The notes under the pieces were generated by a model. The model was not told the DNA's origin. It did no database searches and saw only the letters and a program-made list of their open reading frames with translations. The translations under genes were made by a program, and so were the position numbers. From Curvularia clavata (taxonomy: Eukaryota), in NCBI GenBank assembly GCA_023920165.1, contig CP089281.1:1116001-1180000 (forward strand): DNA of 64,000 nucleotides, read 5' to 3'. Position 1 is the stretch's first letter, and the number at the start of each line of letters is the position of its first letter. This document shows positions 1-13,931 of the stretch, one piece after another.

Positions 1-289
1 TGGGATATTTTTTGGGGTTCGGAGGCTGAATGCGGTGATGGTTCGGTGATAGTGCGGAGATAATAACTTCACCTATGGAGGAAGATTGTTAGTGTATTTG
101 TAAAGTCGGCTTGATTGCTCAGAGATGTTCATGATGGGTGGGAACATGGTGTGTGTTTATGGTATCTACAGCATAGTAATCGTCAGTCGTTTCTGTCCAT
201 CGTTAACAACTGTATCCCGAACGCCTCCAGCCGAACCCCAATCTAGTAAGAGCAACAGTTCCCAAACGCCTCACGCACACTGCATCGTC

Positions 290-1899
290 TCAATAAACAG
301 TCAAAGAGCTAACAGCCCCATTCTTGAGCACTTCAAACACCATGCCTGGAAAGCCAAATAGCTCCACGTTACCCACGTCTGTGGCACCACCCTCCATGAC
401 ACTACCGGCATTAGCAAACTTGCTCTTTTTCCCCGAGCTGTCTTCCCATCCCCCAAGTAGTTCGCAGCTGCTGCCTGGACTGTCTCCCCAGCCTCGATTT
501 AGCGCCATACCACGCTGCTGTAATCGCTCTTGCTCCTCGTTCTCGTAGTATGGTTTGAAGACCTCTTTCAGACGCCCGGAGATATCGCCGAAGCCCATTT
601 CGGAATTAAGCGGCTCGCGGTACATGGCTGAGGGGACGTGTTCAAGCGTCCATCTACTTCTCCGGTGTCTGTTGAACTGATATGAGCCCGGGACGTTACC
701 GTGGAATATTATCTTGGTTGCAGTAAGGTGGTTCAGGGGCTGTGCACTGAGCTCCCCTGCTTCCTGCAACTCAGCCTCTCGCCTTTCGGCAGTCGGCGAA
801 GGAGGAGAAATCTGTGTAGCCTGGGAGATGAGAATGTCGAATCCATGGTGGTAGTAGTTGTAGAAATGCTCTGCGGCAGCAATCTCCCGCTCCTGAGCCT
901 CCAAAGCTGCTTCGTCATCGTCTTCCCATGCATCCTCATCGTCGCTCCTGATGGCTGAGCCAGGATCTGAGTCTTCATCAGGTGTGAGACCGCCAGGGGA
1001 AAGATCTGATGCATCACTTGTTCTCCGGTCCTTATGGATAGACAGGCGGTGATCGTTCTTGCGATATATCGAGTCGGGGGCTCCCAACTCCATGATGAGA
1101 TCTTGGGGCGTTGTCTCACTGAGGATAATCCAGAATGGAGGGCTAGAACGCCTGACGAGCTCGATCCTGCCTTCACCATGTACTCTGACCGTTTCAATCT
1201 CATCTGGCCCACTTTCTTTCGCTTTGGCTAACATCAACGACCTTGGGTTCGCAGGGGGAGCGGTGAATAGAGTGGCCCGAGCCTTTTGCCATGATTCTCC
1301 GCTGAAGACGGCCATGGAAGTTGCGGGGCCAGTAGCAGACGATGACAGGAGCGAGATAAAGTCCTTCTTAGGGGAATATGCAGAGTTTTGAACAGGAAAG
1401 TTGAATGCTATGCCTGGGTAGGATAGGTTGTATGTGCCCATTGCATTTGGATCCTCCGACTTTGGCGGCACGTACTCTCCGCCATAAGTCGGCCCCAGCA
1501 GCTTGTCGTAAACATGCCTGAACCTCGGACCCGCTGGGCCTGCTGAGAAGCCCCCATCTGCAGGCTTGTACACTTCGATGTCCTTGTACACCAGCCGGGC
1601 TTTGGCAAAATCCAGCACTTCGATAAGGCGTAGCCGCTGGTCAGGGCCGTCAAACTGTAAGCGGAGGCCGTTGTCGGGAAGGACTACTTGTATTGGGGTT
1701 GAGATGGGATGAAAGTCGTCGTGGTAGAGGTGGAAGCGCGGGAAAGTCTTGACTTCGGCTTTGATGGTCGTCAGTACTTCGTGTAGTGAGCACCCAAGGG
1801 CTGTGTTTCAGTCAGCATGGTAACGCGCAAGGGCTACGTCGACCAACTCATGAAGCCTATGCTGCGCCCTGGCTGCAGCTGCATGTTTCCATCTTCCAT
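290..1899 (-). CDS. UPF0183 family protein (C16orf70/PHAF1-like); exons 1899-1848, 1800-290
   Basis: The 442-aa ORF extends upstream in frame (LGCSLHEVL...LPDNGLRLQFDGPDQRLRLIEVLDF). A 47-nt GT..TGCTGAC..CAG intron (1847-1801) joins it to ATG 1899. Motifs FGPTY-like LGPTYGGEY, LSYPGIAFNF, HFYNYYHHGFDIL and KIIFHGNVPGSYQFNRHRRSRW match this family. Confidence 0.85.
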
Positions 1900-2510
1900 G
1901 GTGGGCCTTGTATATGGATCTCAGCGAAAAAGTGTATGGAGAGAGTGTAACACGCTTGTTAGTCGATATGCAGCTACCTAGCTCGCGGATAGTAGGGATA
2001 AGCTCGTGCTCAGTTCACGAGGACATGTGACACACGCATACAACACAAGATCAACCCGACACGCAACACGGGGCGATGAACGGCCTAGGCGCTATAATAG
2101 GAGAGTGTATCCAGAGCTGCGGTCGTTGATTCCAAGTCTACACGCTGTCGGAGATACTGATGGAGGTGAACGAGGGGTGGTGGGGCTTCAGGGCATGCCG
2201 CTAGCACGTCTAGTCCATGGATTCAGAAGGGCGTAGATGGCAGCAGAGCGGTGTTAGGCAAGGCGGCTTCTATGGAAATAATACCAGCATCTATCTAGTC
2301 ATGATAGACATAAAGATGTGCAAGTCGAGTTGTATTGACGTAGTGCAAGGGGTTCGTGAAGGTACCTGGCGCGTGGTCTGAGCTTCCGCGCTGCCGGGAT
2401 GCTGCAGCATCTGTTTACCGATTGTTTACTTTCAGCCGGCGCTCCACAACACCAGACGTTCAGCATACTAACTACCAGCACAACACGCCCGCCACACCCA
2501 CAGCGGCACC

Positions 2511-5500
2511 ATGTCTGGCCTCCCAAGGCCCGGAGCGCCGGTCAAGCGCACCACCACATCAATGCGCCCTCCAACAACGCGACCACCCCATCTGGCGCGT
2601 GGTCGTTCAGCAACACCAGCCATGGACGGACGTGCTTCGAGAGCAGAATCGGTAGCTTCGACTGTGCGGACGCTACGTCCGTCGCCCATGAAGCGCAAAG
2701 AGCGGGAGTTTGAGGCGGATGGGGAAGAGACCAACATCAACGTTGTCGTCCGATGCAGAGGGCGAAATGACCGAGAAGTGCGCGAAAACAGCGGCGTCGT
2801 GGTGTCGACCAACGGAATCAAGGGTTCGACTGTAGACCTGTCCATGGGCTCGAGTGCGCTCAGCAACAAGACATATCAGTTCGACAAGGTGTTCTCCCCA
2901 GCAGCCGACCAGACCATGATCTTTGATGAAGTTGTTGCGCCAATTTTGAACGAGGTAACTTAGCACGATCTCGTCCACGACCAAAAAAAAAATAACTGAC
3001 GAATACAATAGGTTGTTGACGGCTTCAACTGCACGATCTTTGCCTATGGCCAGACCGGCACCGGCAAGACCTACACAATGACGGGTGACATTGCCAATGT
3101 CCTTCCACTCCCAGATGCTGCTGGTATAATACCGCGTGTGCTACACGCCCTCTTTGCACGCCTCGAAACCGACGAACTCGACAACTCTGTCAAGTGCTCC
3201 TTTATCGAACTGTACAACGAAGAGCTGCGCGACCTCCTATCTCCGGACGATGCGACGAAGCTCAAAATCTACGATGACAACAGCAAAAAAGGCTCTACCA
3301 CAACCATGGTGCAGGGTATGGAGGAGTGCCACCTAAAGACTGCATCCGAGGGCATCAAGCTACTGGCCAATGGCAGCCACAAGCGACAAGTCGCAGCGAC
3401 AAAATGCAACGACCTGAGTTCGCGAAGTCACACTGTCTTTACCATCACCGTCTACATCAAGCGAACGTCAGAAGATGGCCAGGAATATCTAAGCGCCGGA
3501 AAGCTCAATTTGGTGGATCTTGCGGGCAGTGAAAACATTCAGCGCAGTGGAGCTGAGAACAAGCGAGCTGCAGAGGCCGGTCTGATCAACAAGAGTCTGC
3601 TAACATTAGGTCGCGTTATCAACGCGCTTGTCGAACGCAGTCCACATATTCCGTACCGAGAATCAAAGCTGACACGGTTGTTGCAAGACTCGCTAGGCGG
3701 TCGGACGAAGACATGCATTATTGCAACCCTGTCACCGGCAAAGAGCAACCTGGAGGAAACCATCTCTACCCTGGACTACGCTTTCCGCGCCAAGAACATT
3801 CGGAATAAGCCCCAGGTCAACCAACCGATTAATAAGAAAGTCCTGCTCAAAGAATACACCACCGAGATTGAGAAGCTCAAGAGCGAACTGATTGCAACAA
3901 GGCAACGAAACGGCGTCTACCTTACACAAGAGAACTATGATGAGATCACGACGATAAGCGAGTCGAGGCGGATTCTAAGTGAAGAGCAGCGTGAACGACT
4001 CGAAACGATGGAGGTCAATCTGCGTAACAAGGTTGAAGACCTGTTCAAACTGACCACAAAGTTCCAAACACTCAAGAAGGACAACGAACAGACACAGCTG
4101 GAGTTGGATGGCACAAAGGGCATCTTAGAAAAGACGGAAATCGTTCTGAACCACACTCGCCAAAATCTGGAAGAGGAGGCGGAACTACGCAAGGCACACC
4201 AGAAGACAGAGGAGGAGCTCGCAGAAGTAGGACGAAGCATGATGTCAACTTTGAGCAAGACAACAACAGCAATTGATGGCTTGAGGTCAAAAATCCGCAG
4301 GAAATCCGAGCTTCAATCACAAAACCGACGGAACTGGAATTCTTCGCAAACACAGGTGGTAGACACTACTCGTCTGGTTGAGGACCGGATAGAAGAGTTT
4401 CAACATCAGCAAGAGCAGCTGATGGATGCCATCTCCGAGCGAATGCAAGCGTTTGTCCGGGACGAACTCGAGAAGCTGGGCGCTTCACAGGCCTTTTTGC
4501 AAGAGAAGATGGAGGCGTATCAGACATCCGAGACCGAGGTCAACAGTCAAACTGCGCAGGCGCGTGATCACATGAACGAGGTTCTTGAGGAGATCAAGAC
4601 GTTGCGTGAAGAAGTGAAGACAAAGATTGGTGCAGGACTCGATGAACTTTCTGCTGCAGCCGAGACCATTTCAGCAAACATAATCACGGAACTGGATGCC
4701 TTCCACACCCAGGTCCACTCGTCATATGCCAGTCTAGGCCGCGACTTCAAGACGACGTTCGACGATTTGGTCAAGGATCTGAACGACCAGCAGGCAGAGA
4801 ACGAGAAACTCCACCAGCAGGTCGTAGAGGCTAACACAGCTTTGATCGAGGCCAACAAAGCGTCTGAGGGCCAACTTGCAAAACTTGTGGACGAGGAAAA
4901 GCAGAGGGTCGCCGAAGACCGACAAGCGTTGTTGACACAAATTACTGCGCTTATGAATGCAAATGCGGAGGCGCAGGAGAAGAGACTACAAGAAAGGCTT
5001 TCGGCTGTGCGTGAAGAGATGGCCGCTGCTAACACTGCTTTCGAGGCCAAACAGGGAGCTTACACCGAAGGCGTCAACACATGGTCAGACAAATCAAGAG
5101 ATATTCTTGCAGGTGTATCAAAGTCGAGAGAGGCTGTCAAGACTAAGATCAAGTCGGATTTTGCTACCGCAACCGAGCACTCCACTTCGATCAAGGATAC
5201 AACCACGTCTGTCCATGAAAGCACCGTTAAGACTGTCGAAGCCCAGATGGCACATCTGGATACCCAATTGCAGTCTTTGGACGATATCGTTTCGCGTATC
5301 CGTGAACAGAACAATGCCCACCACGCTGCGCATACCGCATCGCTCGCCGCCCTATCCTCAACAGTCGGGGCCTCGTACTCTAGCATAGGAGATCATTTGT
5401 CGTCTTCCTTTGATCGCGTCCAGTCCCTCGAGTCGGAGATGTCGGTGCACACTGCTGGTCTCAAGGAGACTTTGCCATCTTTGGCGGCTGAATCAGATAT

Positions 5501-6131
5501 CCGCGCGCCGCTGCACGACCTCCGCGAGACTGTCAGCAACCAGAGCCTGATCGAGTACAACCCCACTGGCGAGACACCTCAACGCGTATCTTACAGCATC
5601 CCTTCGACACTTCCCCGTACCGAAGCACACGACACTATCATCTCCCGCCTTCGCAACCGCCCTACGTCATCCGACAGCACAACTCGAAGTCCATCCAAGC
5701 AACCGATTTTCAACGACGCAACAAACTCTCTCGCCTCACCAACCAGCTTACTTTCCCCCACTGCCAACAAGTCTGAAACGATGTTCCCTTCGATCAGTGC
5801 GCATGCCCACACCATTTCAATCCCTACAGGAGGAGGTAACCCCTCTTTTCTGCGGGAGTTGGATGTTAACGTGGTAGCGCAGGAAGCGCATACGCAGCCT
5901 CTTCCCCATCTCGCATCCCCATCTTCTTGCGAGTCACTGGCCAACGGGCCTCCAAGCAAGAAGATGCGTACAAGTAACGAAGAGACGAGTAAGCTGCCGA
6001 TGAAGAAGAACAGGAAGACAGTTGGTATTGCTGGCGAGAAGACAGACAGAGAGAATATTGCGAATTTCGGGAGTAGCGTTGGGCCCGGATTGGCGGCAGG
6101 GAGGAAGCTGAGGAGTCATGGGGGTACCTAA
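2511..6131 (+). CDS. bimC: Kinesin-5 (BimC/Eg5 family) mitotic motor; exons 2511-2954, 3012-6131
   Basis: NINVVVRCRGRN start of the motor domain; P-loop YGQTGTGKT after intron 2955-3011; SSRSH, LVDLAGSE and HIPYRESKLTRLL motifs; long coiled coil; BimC-box PTGETPQR near 5562-5585. Confidence 0.96.
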
Positions 6132-6968
6132 ACATGAGTTCTTTTTGTTTTGTTCCCGTGTTTGTTTGTATCAAGTATGCTGCGGCATTTGAATGGAGAA
6201 AGGGTACAGGGCGAATCGGCCTCACGGCTACTACAGTCAGAATGGGTGTGGGGGTTTTCTCTTTTCTTGCATGGCGTTTTATGGCGTCTCTTAGGGGTTT
6301 CAAACGAACAGTCAACCTGGAGGTTGTGCCACTAGTATGTTATCCCTTTGTCACTTTCAAATACAGGAGTTTAGGACATTCAGGGATCTTGGGCCCGACC
6401 TCAGCATGGCAAATAGGCGCAATGAAATGCTTTTGATGTGCACTCTTGATTGAGTCCTGAACATGGCAGTGCTTTCGCCTTTTGATTCAATAGTCAAAGT
6501 TTGTGGTTGAAAAGCAACCATGGATGTCGGAGGCATTTATTCACGAGGCAAAGTCTCCAACTCGGTGACGAGAAAAAGCAACACACCATGCAATTTCCAT
6601 AAGTCATGTACATTTCCCATCAAACTTTGACAGCACGCTCAGTTTCCCATGTCACACGGGCACCTCTCCAACCTGCCTAACGCCCAATGCCCAATGCCCC
6701 CTAGCCCACTGGCGTCTTTCTCCTCCGCGGACACCTCCCCCCATCACCAAACGCCCCACCCCTCACACCTGCCTCGTTCCAAGCCACACGCATATGTAAG
6801 TCTGGTAGCACAAGCAACGCGCGGCGCCTCCAGGCCGTCGGGAAACCTATCACACTTCCACACACATACAGCACATACTTTTGGTACCGAGTATGTATAT
6901 AGCCTCCGCGGACCAACCTCCAAGACATATATGTATGGGTGTATGTGACTCATTACACGGAATGTCCT

Positions 6969-6974
<6 letters not shown>

Positions 6975-6998
<24 letters not shown>
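6975..6998. repeat. (AG)12 microsatellite
   Basis: Perfect dinucleotide run read directly, following an A-tract. Confidence 0.95.
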
Positions 6999-6999
<1 letters not shown>

Positions 7000-9900
7000 C
7001 GGAAAGGGAACAGGAAGCGAGAAAAGGAAATTGTGGGTATGTAATGAGGACGGTAAGTGCCGAGGATGCTAGTTTCACATACAGGTTGGTAAGTTGTGGA
7101 GATAGATTGTTTTTTGGTATAGGATGGGGTGAACTCTTGATGGAGTTTGGATGCATGGCCTGCAATGAGATACGATATTCCGCTCACCCGCTCTCAATAA
7201 GTTTACTAGTATGTACATATGTGTGATAAGCAAAAGGTGACCTAGGGTAGTGAGGTCTTTCATGTCCCCAACGTTGTACCTACGTATGGAATTTTCACGA
7301 TTCTGGTTATGTGAATGAGTAGTTTGTTCCGAGGGGCTCGGGATGTGCGCGGGCCGGGGAGACGCAATGCCCGGGATCCGACCCGTTTCGTTTCTTGTAT
7401 TCCTCAAAGGGGAGTTTTCTCTTGTTGCGGCGTCGGGTTTGTAACGTTCGTGAGACTGCGCGACGCATGCAAACGTAGGTGTTTTGCTGACCAAATGCGC
7501 CGGCTTGGTGGATCCAGTGGGTTGGGCTACCCGAATGCGCGGCCGGAAGATCGAATAGCATGAGTTGTGACTGTGGTTTGTGTAGCAGGTTACTCGTGTT
7601 GGGGACGGCATGACACAGGTGATTGGCGGAAGGACATTGCCGGTAGGATAGACTATAGGATTCATGGTCAGTTGAGGCCCCCAGTTTCCTTCTTCACACT
7701 TTTCCTGTTTCTCTCTCTAGGGTCCCCACTACAACTTTCCCACTTTGACCGAGGCCTTGTCGCGGTTATTACTAGAATGGGACTTTGAGCTGGTGGTAGC
7801 CCTGAATACTCACGGCTGGATTGGGAAAATGCTGGAAGTTAGTTATCCGTTGGGTTGCTGCCCAATTCAGAACCCAGAGTCAGATACGGTTAGACCTGGA
7901 TGCCAGACTAGGGCACAGTGCGATATAAGAGGGCGTTATAAGTGTGTGTGATGTGAACAGCGCGTGACTACAAGTCCGTACTAGAATCGAACTTGTCCTT
8001 GGTGTGTGTTTCGGGGATAAAAACCAAGAGATCTGAGCGGATCGCGGTTACTTTTCGGGCCGACGGTAATCCACGGAGAGAAAAGCAAAGGGGCGTGCTG
8101 GCGACCAGAGCGTCTTAGCTGTGGCTGAAGTCGGGCGCTAGAAAGGGAAGAGAATAGTAATGTGGGGGATTCGCAAAGCCAGTCTGCCGGTGTCCAGAAT
8201 AGTTCTTGTGCATGGCCAGGCAATGTGAAAAGCAAAATGGGCGTTGCAGGTGCATACGGTCTGGATTTCGCAAAACAAAAGGCAAGGTATACAAGCTTTT
8301 TCCTCGGAGCGCCAACTGAGAATTGTTGCCCGCAATATGTGAATACAAGTGGCTGAGTAGTTGGGTTAACAAGCCCATTGTTTGTTTGTTGAGGCCCAAG
8401 ATGCGCCACATGCAGAGGAGTTGGCATTGGTCAGCCTTCAGAAATGTCAACCATTAAGGGTGATTGGATTTCGGCGACGTGCACCGGCTCAATTTGAGAA
8501 GAGAATTGCGCGCCCCCTTTTACTGGCATAGCAAGGACTTCCTTGACGTAAATGAATGCGGCATGGCAGCCGTGACATGGTCCAACCTGTGTTATGCTGA
8601 AGAACAGCATTCGGATATGCAGGTGCCATGTGCTGGAGCCCTACAGAGAGGGCCTGGTATTTCGTAACGAGTTACACGCTCATAGCCACACCGCTTGCCG
8701 CGGAGGGTACTTTGATGGCAAGAAGCAGCGGAGGTCCGCTTCACGATGTTTCGGTGTGAACTGGCATGTTGGGCTGACCGGAATGGACTATCGCAATTTG
8801 AGGTAGTGCAGGATGGTCAATAGGGAGGGGCCTTCGACTACCTCTGAGAGATGTGCTGTCAGACGTTGTTTCATCGGCTGACTTGATGCCTCACTTTGGG
8901 TCGGATCGAAACTGTGGGTAGTCTTCGGGCCAAGTAACAGCCCGAGGAAACTCGGCCGCCTAAGTGAGTATCGTGAGCTTCATTCCAGGAAATCATGGGT
9001 GGGGAACTAGTGGAGACTGGACACAGTAGTGTGGGGCGATCCGATGATGCACTTCAATTATGCAACGATGAGAGAGTGTGCGTGAGGGCGGAGAGAGGGA
9101 AGGAAAGAAGGAAAGAGTGGCTGACGGCGCTCGCTTCATGCAGCACGTAGTTCGCTATCATCTTTTGACTCACCGACATATGGATGGAGGTATAGAGCGC
9201 ATAGCTGCAGGGCGTCGTCGTAGTTTGGAGAATGGCGAGCGGGTGACTGGAGCCGATCTACGTAGATGAGATCTGACGTACCCCCACGCTAGCCTAGGTT
9301 CGTGCTTGCCGGGTACTATGGCCGACACCATTCTACCCCAGAAACACAATACGACACCCCCGGACATGCTTGATAGTGTGACATGTGTCCGGGGCGACAT
9401 TCCGTTGCTGTGGTAGTGGCTGGTTCCAGATGCGTGGGCTCTAGTGGCACGAATGCCGGGCGTCGTGCGTTGCGTCATCCGCTCGGTGATATTCATGGCC
9501 CCATTGCTAGGCGCGGACTTGTGCAGCAACGCGCCAATCTTGTATACGGAGCCAATATCGCATGGGCCAACTGAATCTGGAGTTCCTGGGCCAAGCCCAG
9601 GCATTGGGGCTTTTGCAAAACATATACTCGGGGTGGGGGATGTTGGACATGACAGCACCATTGTGCTCGTAATCTTGTCAACAGCTCGGTGTCTTTGGTG
9701 AACATGCTCGCATGTTGATGTCAAGTACATTTCGGACGACTATCTAACTGGGTACAGTACCCTCGCATGCACAAAAGGAATGCCGCGAGCCTTGTCATGT
9801 CCACCTAAAGGCCCATGTGATATCGAATGCTGCTCTCTAGAGCAAAAAAAGGGTATTATACACGCACTGTTGCGTAGTGAGTGTGTATGGCCGTCAAGGG

Positions 9901-10260
9901 ATACACGGTAATGAAAACTGTGCAGTGCACTCTGCACTGTGCTTCGAACCGCGTTGCCGCCTAACCGAGCGCAGGGCGCTTGTAATTATGTGGTTATCTT
10001 CCAGGTGTCATAATGGAGTGTGATGCCGAGCTGATGATAGATGTTCGGGCCGGTCGCGTGTGGGTTGTCTGTGGCGAGGACCGTTGTGATTGGGCTAGAT
10101 GAAATGTGTGATGGTAGATGTCTGGCGTGTCATGTCCATTGCCGAGTTGGGAACCCAATAGCGCAGACAGCGGTCCATGTGGTATGTAGGTAGGAGGGTC
10201 AAGCGAGTGTATTGGCGACCTCTTCCGGAATGTATGGTAGTGAGGGGGCTCGTTTGCCAA

Positions 10261-10805
10261 CTAGACACTGCTGGTAGAGCGGTTGACGATATGCGGAAAG
10301 GGCATTTTTCGGTCCTCCTCTTCTTCATTCCCCAGCAGATCGTCGCCGGGGTAGTCGTTGACGTTGTCCTCGAGCATCTTGAAAGTCTCCATGTAGGCAC
10401 GTGAGGGGATTGATTCTGGGGAAACAAGAAGGGAGGCAACGTCCATCTTGATCGACCTGGGGTAGAGGTGGTCGTTGGGGTCTTTCACAAACCAGGCAAC
10501 GCTCGGTTCCTGAGGCGACAACTTGACCTGGGGAACATCGAAGGATGCGAATCTCTCGGCCAAGATCTTCCGTAGCACACGTTCAACCTGCTCGTCTGTT
10601 GGGCCCTGAGCCAGCTGCTTCTGCTCCAGCCGAAGGAGGCGCTCGTTCATCTTGCGGAAACACTGCTCTGTTCTCCGCATAAATTCATGACTGCAAGGGT
10701 TAGTTTGTGCTTGTTCTCCGAGAATACTGTGGACTGGACGTACTACCAGTTTGCGATTCTATCGAAGGACTGGTTGATCATTTGCAGTTGGTAGGAGAAT
10801 GACAT
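10261..10805 (-). CDS. Hypothetical protein, about 163 aa, with a short coiled-coil-like segment; exons 10805-10744, 10690-10261
   Basis: The 139-aa ORF is extended to ATG 10805 by a 53-nt GTACGT..ACTAAC..CAG intron, giving MSFSYQLQMINQSFDRIANWYHEFMRRTEQ. A pyrimidine-rich leader lies upstream. No family recognised. Confidence 0.7.
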
Positions 10806-13800
10806 GGTGAAGTCGGATGAGAGAGATGGTGGGAAAGCGATGGAATGAGGCAGCTGAGGGGACGGATTGACAGGCAGATGGACAGATTTGGAACAGACAA
10901 CAGTAAGCGGATGAAAAGGGAAGTCAAGGGTGGATGCAGACGCTAAGGGGGGAAGGGGGGTGAAGGGTCGGACAGATGGGATGTGTGATATATACGAGGC
11001 CTCGGAGAACGGGTGTACCTAGAGAGGCGGCTCGAGTGGCACAAATGAGCCTGCCTTTGGGCATGCAGCAGGGTGGGTAAGGCGCGGCAGGGTCCACAGC
11101 TGGCGGGATGGCTTGGAGGGTGGTTGGCCAGAAGAGGATGCATGGCAGTAGACCAATGGGGTGCTGGCAATGTAAGGTATGCGGCCTTGAGGGAGTGTCT
11201 GAACCAAGTCGGGACGCGAGACGGGGCCCGTGGACAAGCGTGACGGGCTGTCAGGCGGAGAAGGCGTATACGAGTTGCGAGAAGAGCGAGGCCGTGATGC
11301 AGGCGACCCGGTCGCGTGGAATGGGTGCAGTGGGTGAATGCAGGGGCGTGGCCAGGGCGAGGGCGGCCATCCATGGGATCGACGATGGCTGGCGACATGG
11401 GCAGCCGTGGGGAGTAACAGTAACAGCTCGTGGCTGTCTCACCGCCCGAGGCCGTGGCGGCTGGCCCTACGAGGCGCGTGCGAGGGTGAATGGAATGAGT
11501 GAGCAGCGCAGCGCAGCTGGGAGTGAATGGCCATGACTTGGCCAGCAGCGCTCCCGCTTCCGCGGCTTACCAGCGACGCTCCCTGCCCACTTGCAGAGCT
11601 AACCGCGCATTAAATCGCCGAATAGCCTCAAAGCGCCCCAGGCCGATGTGAGCAGGGTTGCAGTCAGTTGCGCGCGTAAAGTAGTCAAGGCCAAAGCCAA
11701 TGCCAACGGCGTTCCCCGAATGGGCCTGATTGCGCATCTGCTCTCTTGGAATCCTTCGTGCTCGGCAACGCTTCCTATTGCACCCTCAGCGACCCCCTCA
11801 TCATCGGTACCCGTCCTGCACACCCGCCGGCCAGACGGCTTCAAACACCTGTTCTTGACCTGGCTCGCACTGCCGATACCCTTCTCTTGCACATGCCGAG
11901 TCAGCTCTCCACAGACAGTGCTGCTGCTGCTGCTGGCGGCAAGGAAAGCTGAGGAGCCGAAAAGCTCGGCCCACTCACCTCAGCGTCTGCATCGAGATAC
12001 CTTCTTTGACGACTTGGACTTCCTTTCACCCCCCCCATCTCGGCCGACTCTCTACACCGAGTATCGTCAGCACCGGTCAGGGACATACTTGTACGTACGT
12101 ACGTATCTGCCTGCCTTGCCGTCTCGGGGCTGCGTCACAGGCCCGTCGACGTCTCCAACTGGCAATCATTGCCTCGCAGCTATTACCCAGCTACCCACAT
12201 CCCTAATCCGCGCAACCATACCCCACAACACAGCCTGCAACTCCTCTTATCACGGCCGGGGCCACCGGCGGTCCAAGCACCTTGCAGTTCAAAGGCATTC
12301 TGGAAACAAGTCTTGGTTAGAGTAGTCAGCAACCTTGGATCCCCAATAAACCACTGCTAGTGCTGCTTTAGTGCCCCTGGCACAGAGGGCTTGGCATCAC
12401 GCTATGCTTTGGACAATGGTCGCCTGTCACAGCTGCTGCATGACATTATTGCCAGCCCTCCAAGGCCTTCCATCTGACTAAAGCCATATCGGTCCTATCC
12501 TCTGTCTCTTCCTGGCATCCTCTTGGACCTGCTATCTGCTACCAGCATAAACGGAAGCACTCCTTACGCCTTTTGGAAAAGGTCCTGCTAGGCGTCCCAC
12601 AACGTGCCATATTCCCGCCTGCATCAAGCCCCCCTGCTGCCATGGTGCGTCTGCATGGCGCGCAGCTCAAAGCAATCCGGACTCCATGTACAAAGATGAC
12701 GCAACCCCTAAGCCTGCAGGTCGAACCACTGCTTATACTGACAGAGCGCCTGGCTCCATTGCACTACTAGCACTTTTGATACACACTGCAAATCATGCGC
12801 TCCGACTTTCGTTAATTGCCTGATCCCAGTCTGCGGATCCTATGGCGTACCATTTACCCTGCTGTAGGCTAATGCAGCCTCCCGAAGGTAGACTGTGCAA
12901 TTTGGTCTCGTATGCCATCCATATACATACTCCCCAGCTGCTTTCTTGTCGATCTCCAAACGGTGAATGAAATGAGCACATTGTCCGAGTCACTGCAAAG
13001 TTACACGTTATTTCCACGAATGGGAGGCTTTCAGCGAGCCCCAGCTTACCAGGTGACTGCGGGTTGATGATACCTGATATTACAGTGGCAACCGGATGAT
13101 CTTTATCCTTTCGCGAAAACAGTCCGACATCGTCAGTCCGAATCTTGGGCTTTTTCCATTAGATTTCAAACACGCCTCAAAGTCTCGTATCGTATCCCTG
13201 ATTACCCTCCAGAACCCCTGGCAGGAACTGCATATTTATAATTCGCCTCGGCTCATTCCACATGACCCAGAAAAGCGTCTGGCCACAAACGCGTGCATTT
13301 TGAATCCCTGACCCCGTTCATGTTCCTATCGATACCAGGTCACTCCATGTCCTTCACCGTGACAAAGGTAGTAGGCTAACGCCACACACGCTCCATTCGC
13401 TCGGCTGTTCCAAGTGGTCCCAAGCAAGCATCGGAGCAATTCTTCCGCCTGGGTTTCTTCCTGCACGGACATCCCAAAACTTCTTACACAGGTCCTGCAC
13501 CTTAACCGGCGGTCGATGCAGGGATTCTGGATCCTGCTCGCATACCGTTTCTACTCGACGTTTGATTATTGAAACTGATCCTCGGGCGATCATCACCAAG
13601 GATCTGATTCGACGGCTGACTCGCAGGAGCTGATGTGAAATTCAATCCTGGCCTATCATAATCTGGAATACCCGGTGCTTCTTTCGCAACCGCATGCTTG
13701 TGGGACAAAAAGACTCTTACGATTTCAGTATTTACAACTCTCAGTGAAACCAGGATTAGTCCCCGCATATCTGAGATAAAAATAGTCTTCGTCGCTCATC

Positions 13801-13931
13801 GGTGAGTCTACAGGCACGCTCATTGACACTGGCCATGACCAAGTTTAACGTTTTGAACCAGCAGGTATTATGCATCTCGACCAATGCTCGAAATTATAAT
13901 GCTTGCTCTTGGCATGAGAGATTAATGCCAC

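Noticed and set aside
9935..10000. GGTTCGAA on the minus strand resembling a tRNA T-loop
   Set aside because: The flanks do not form a T-stem, acceptor stem or D-arm.
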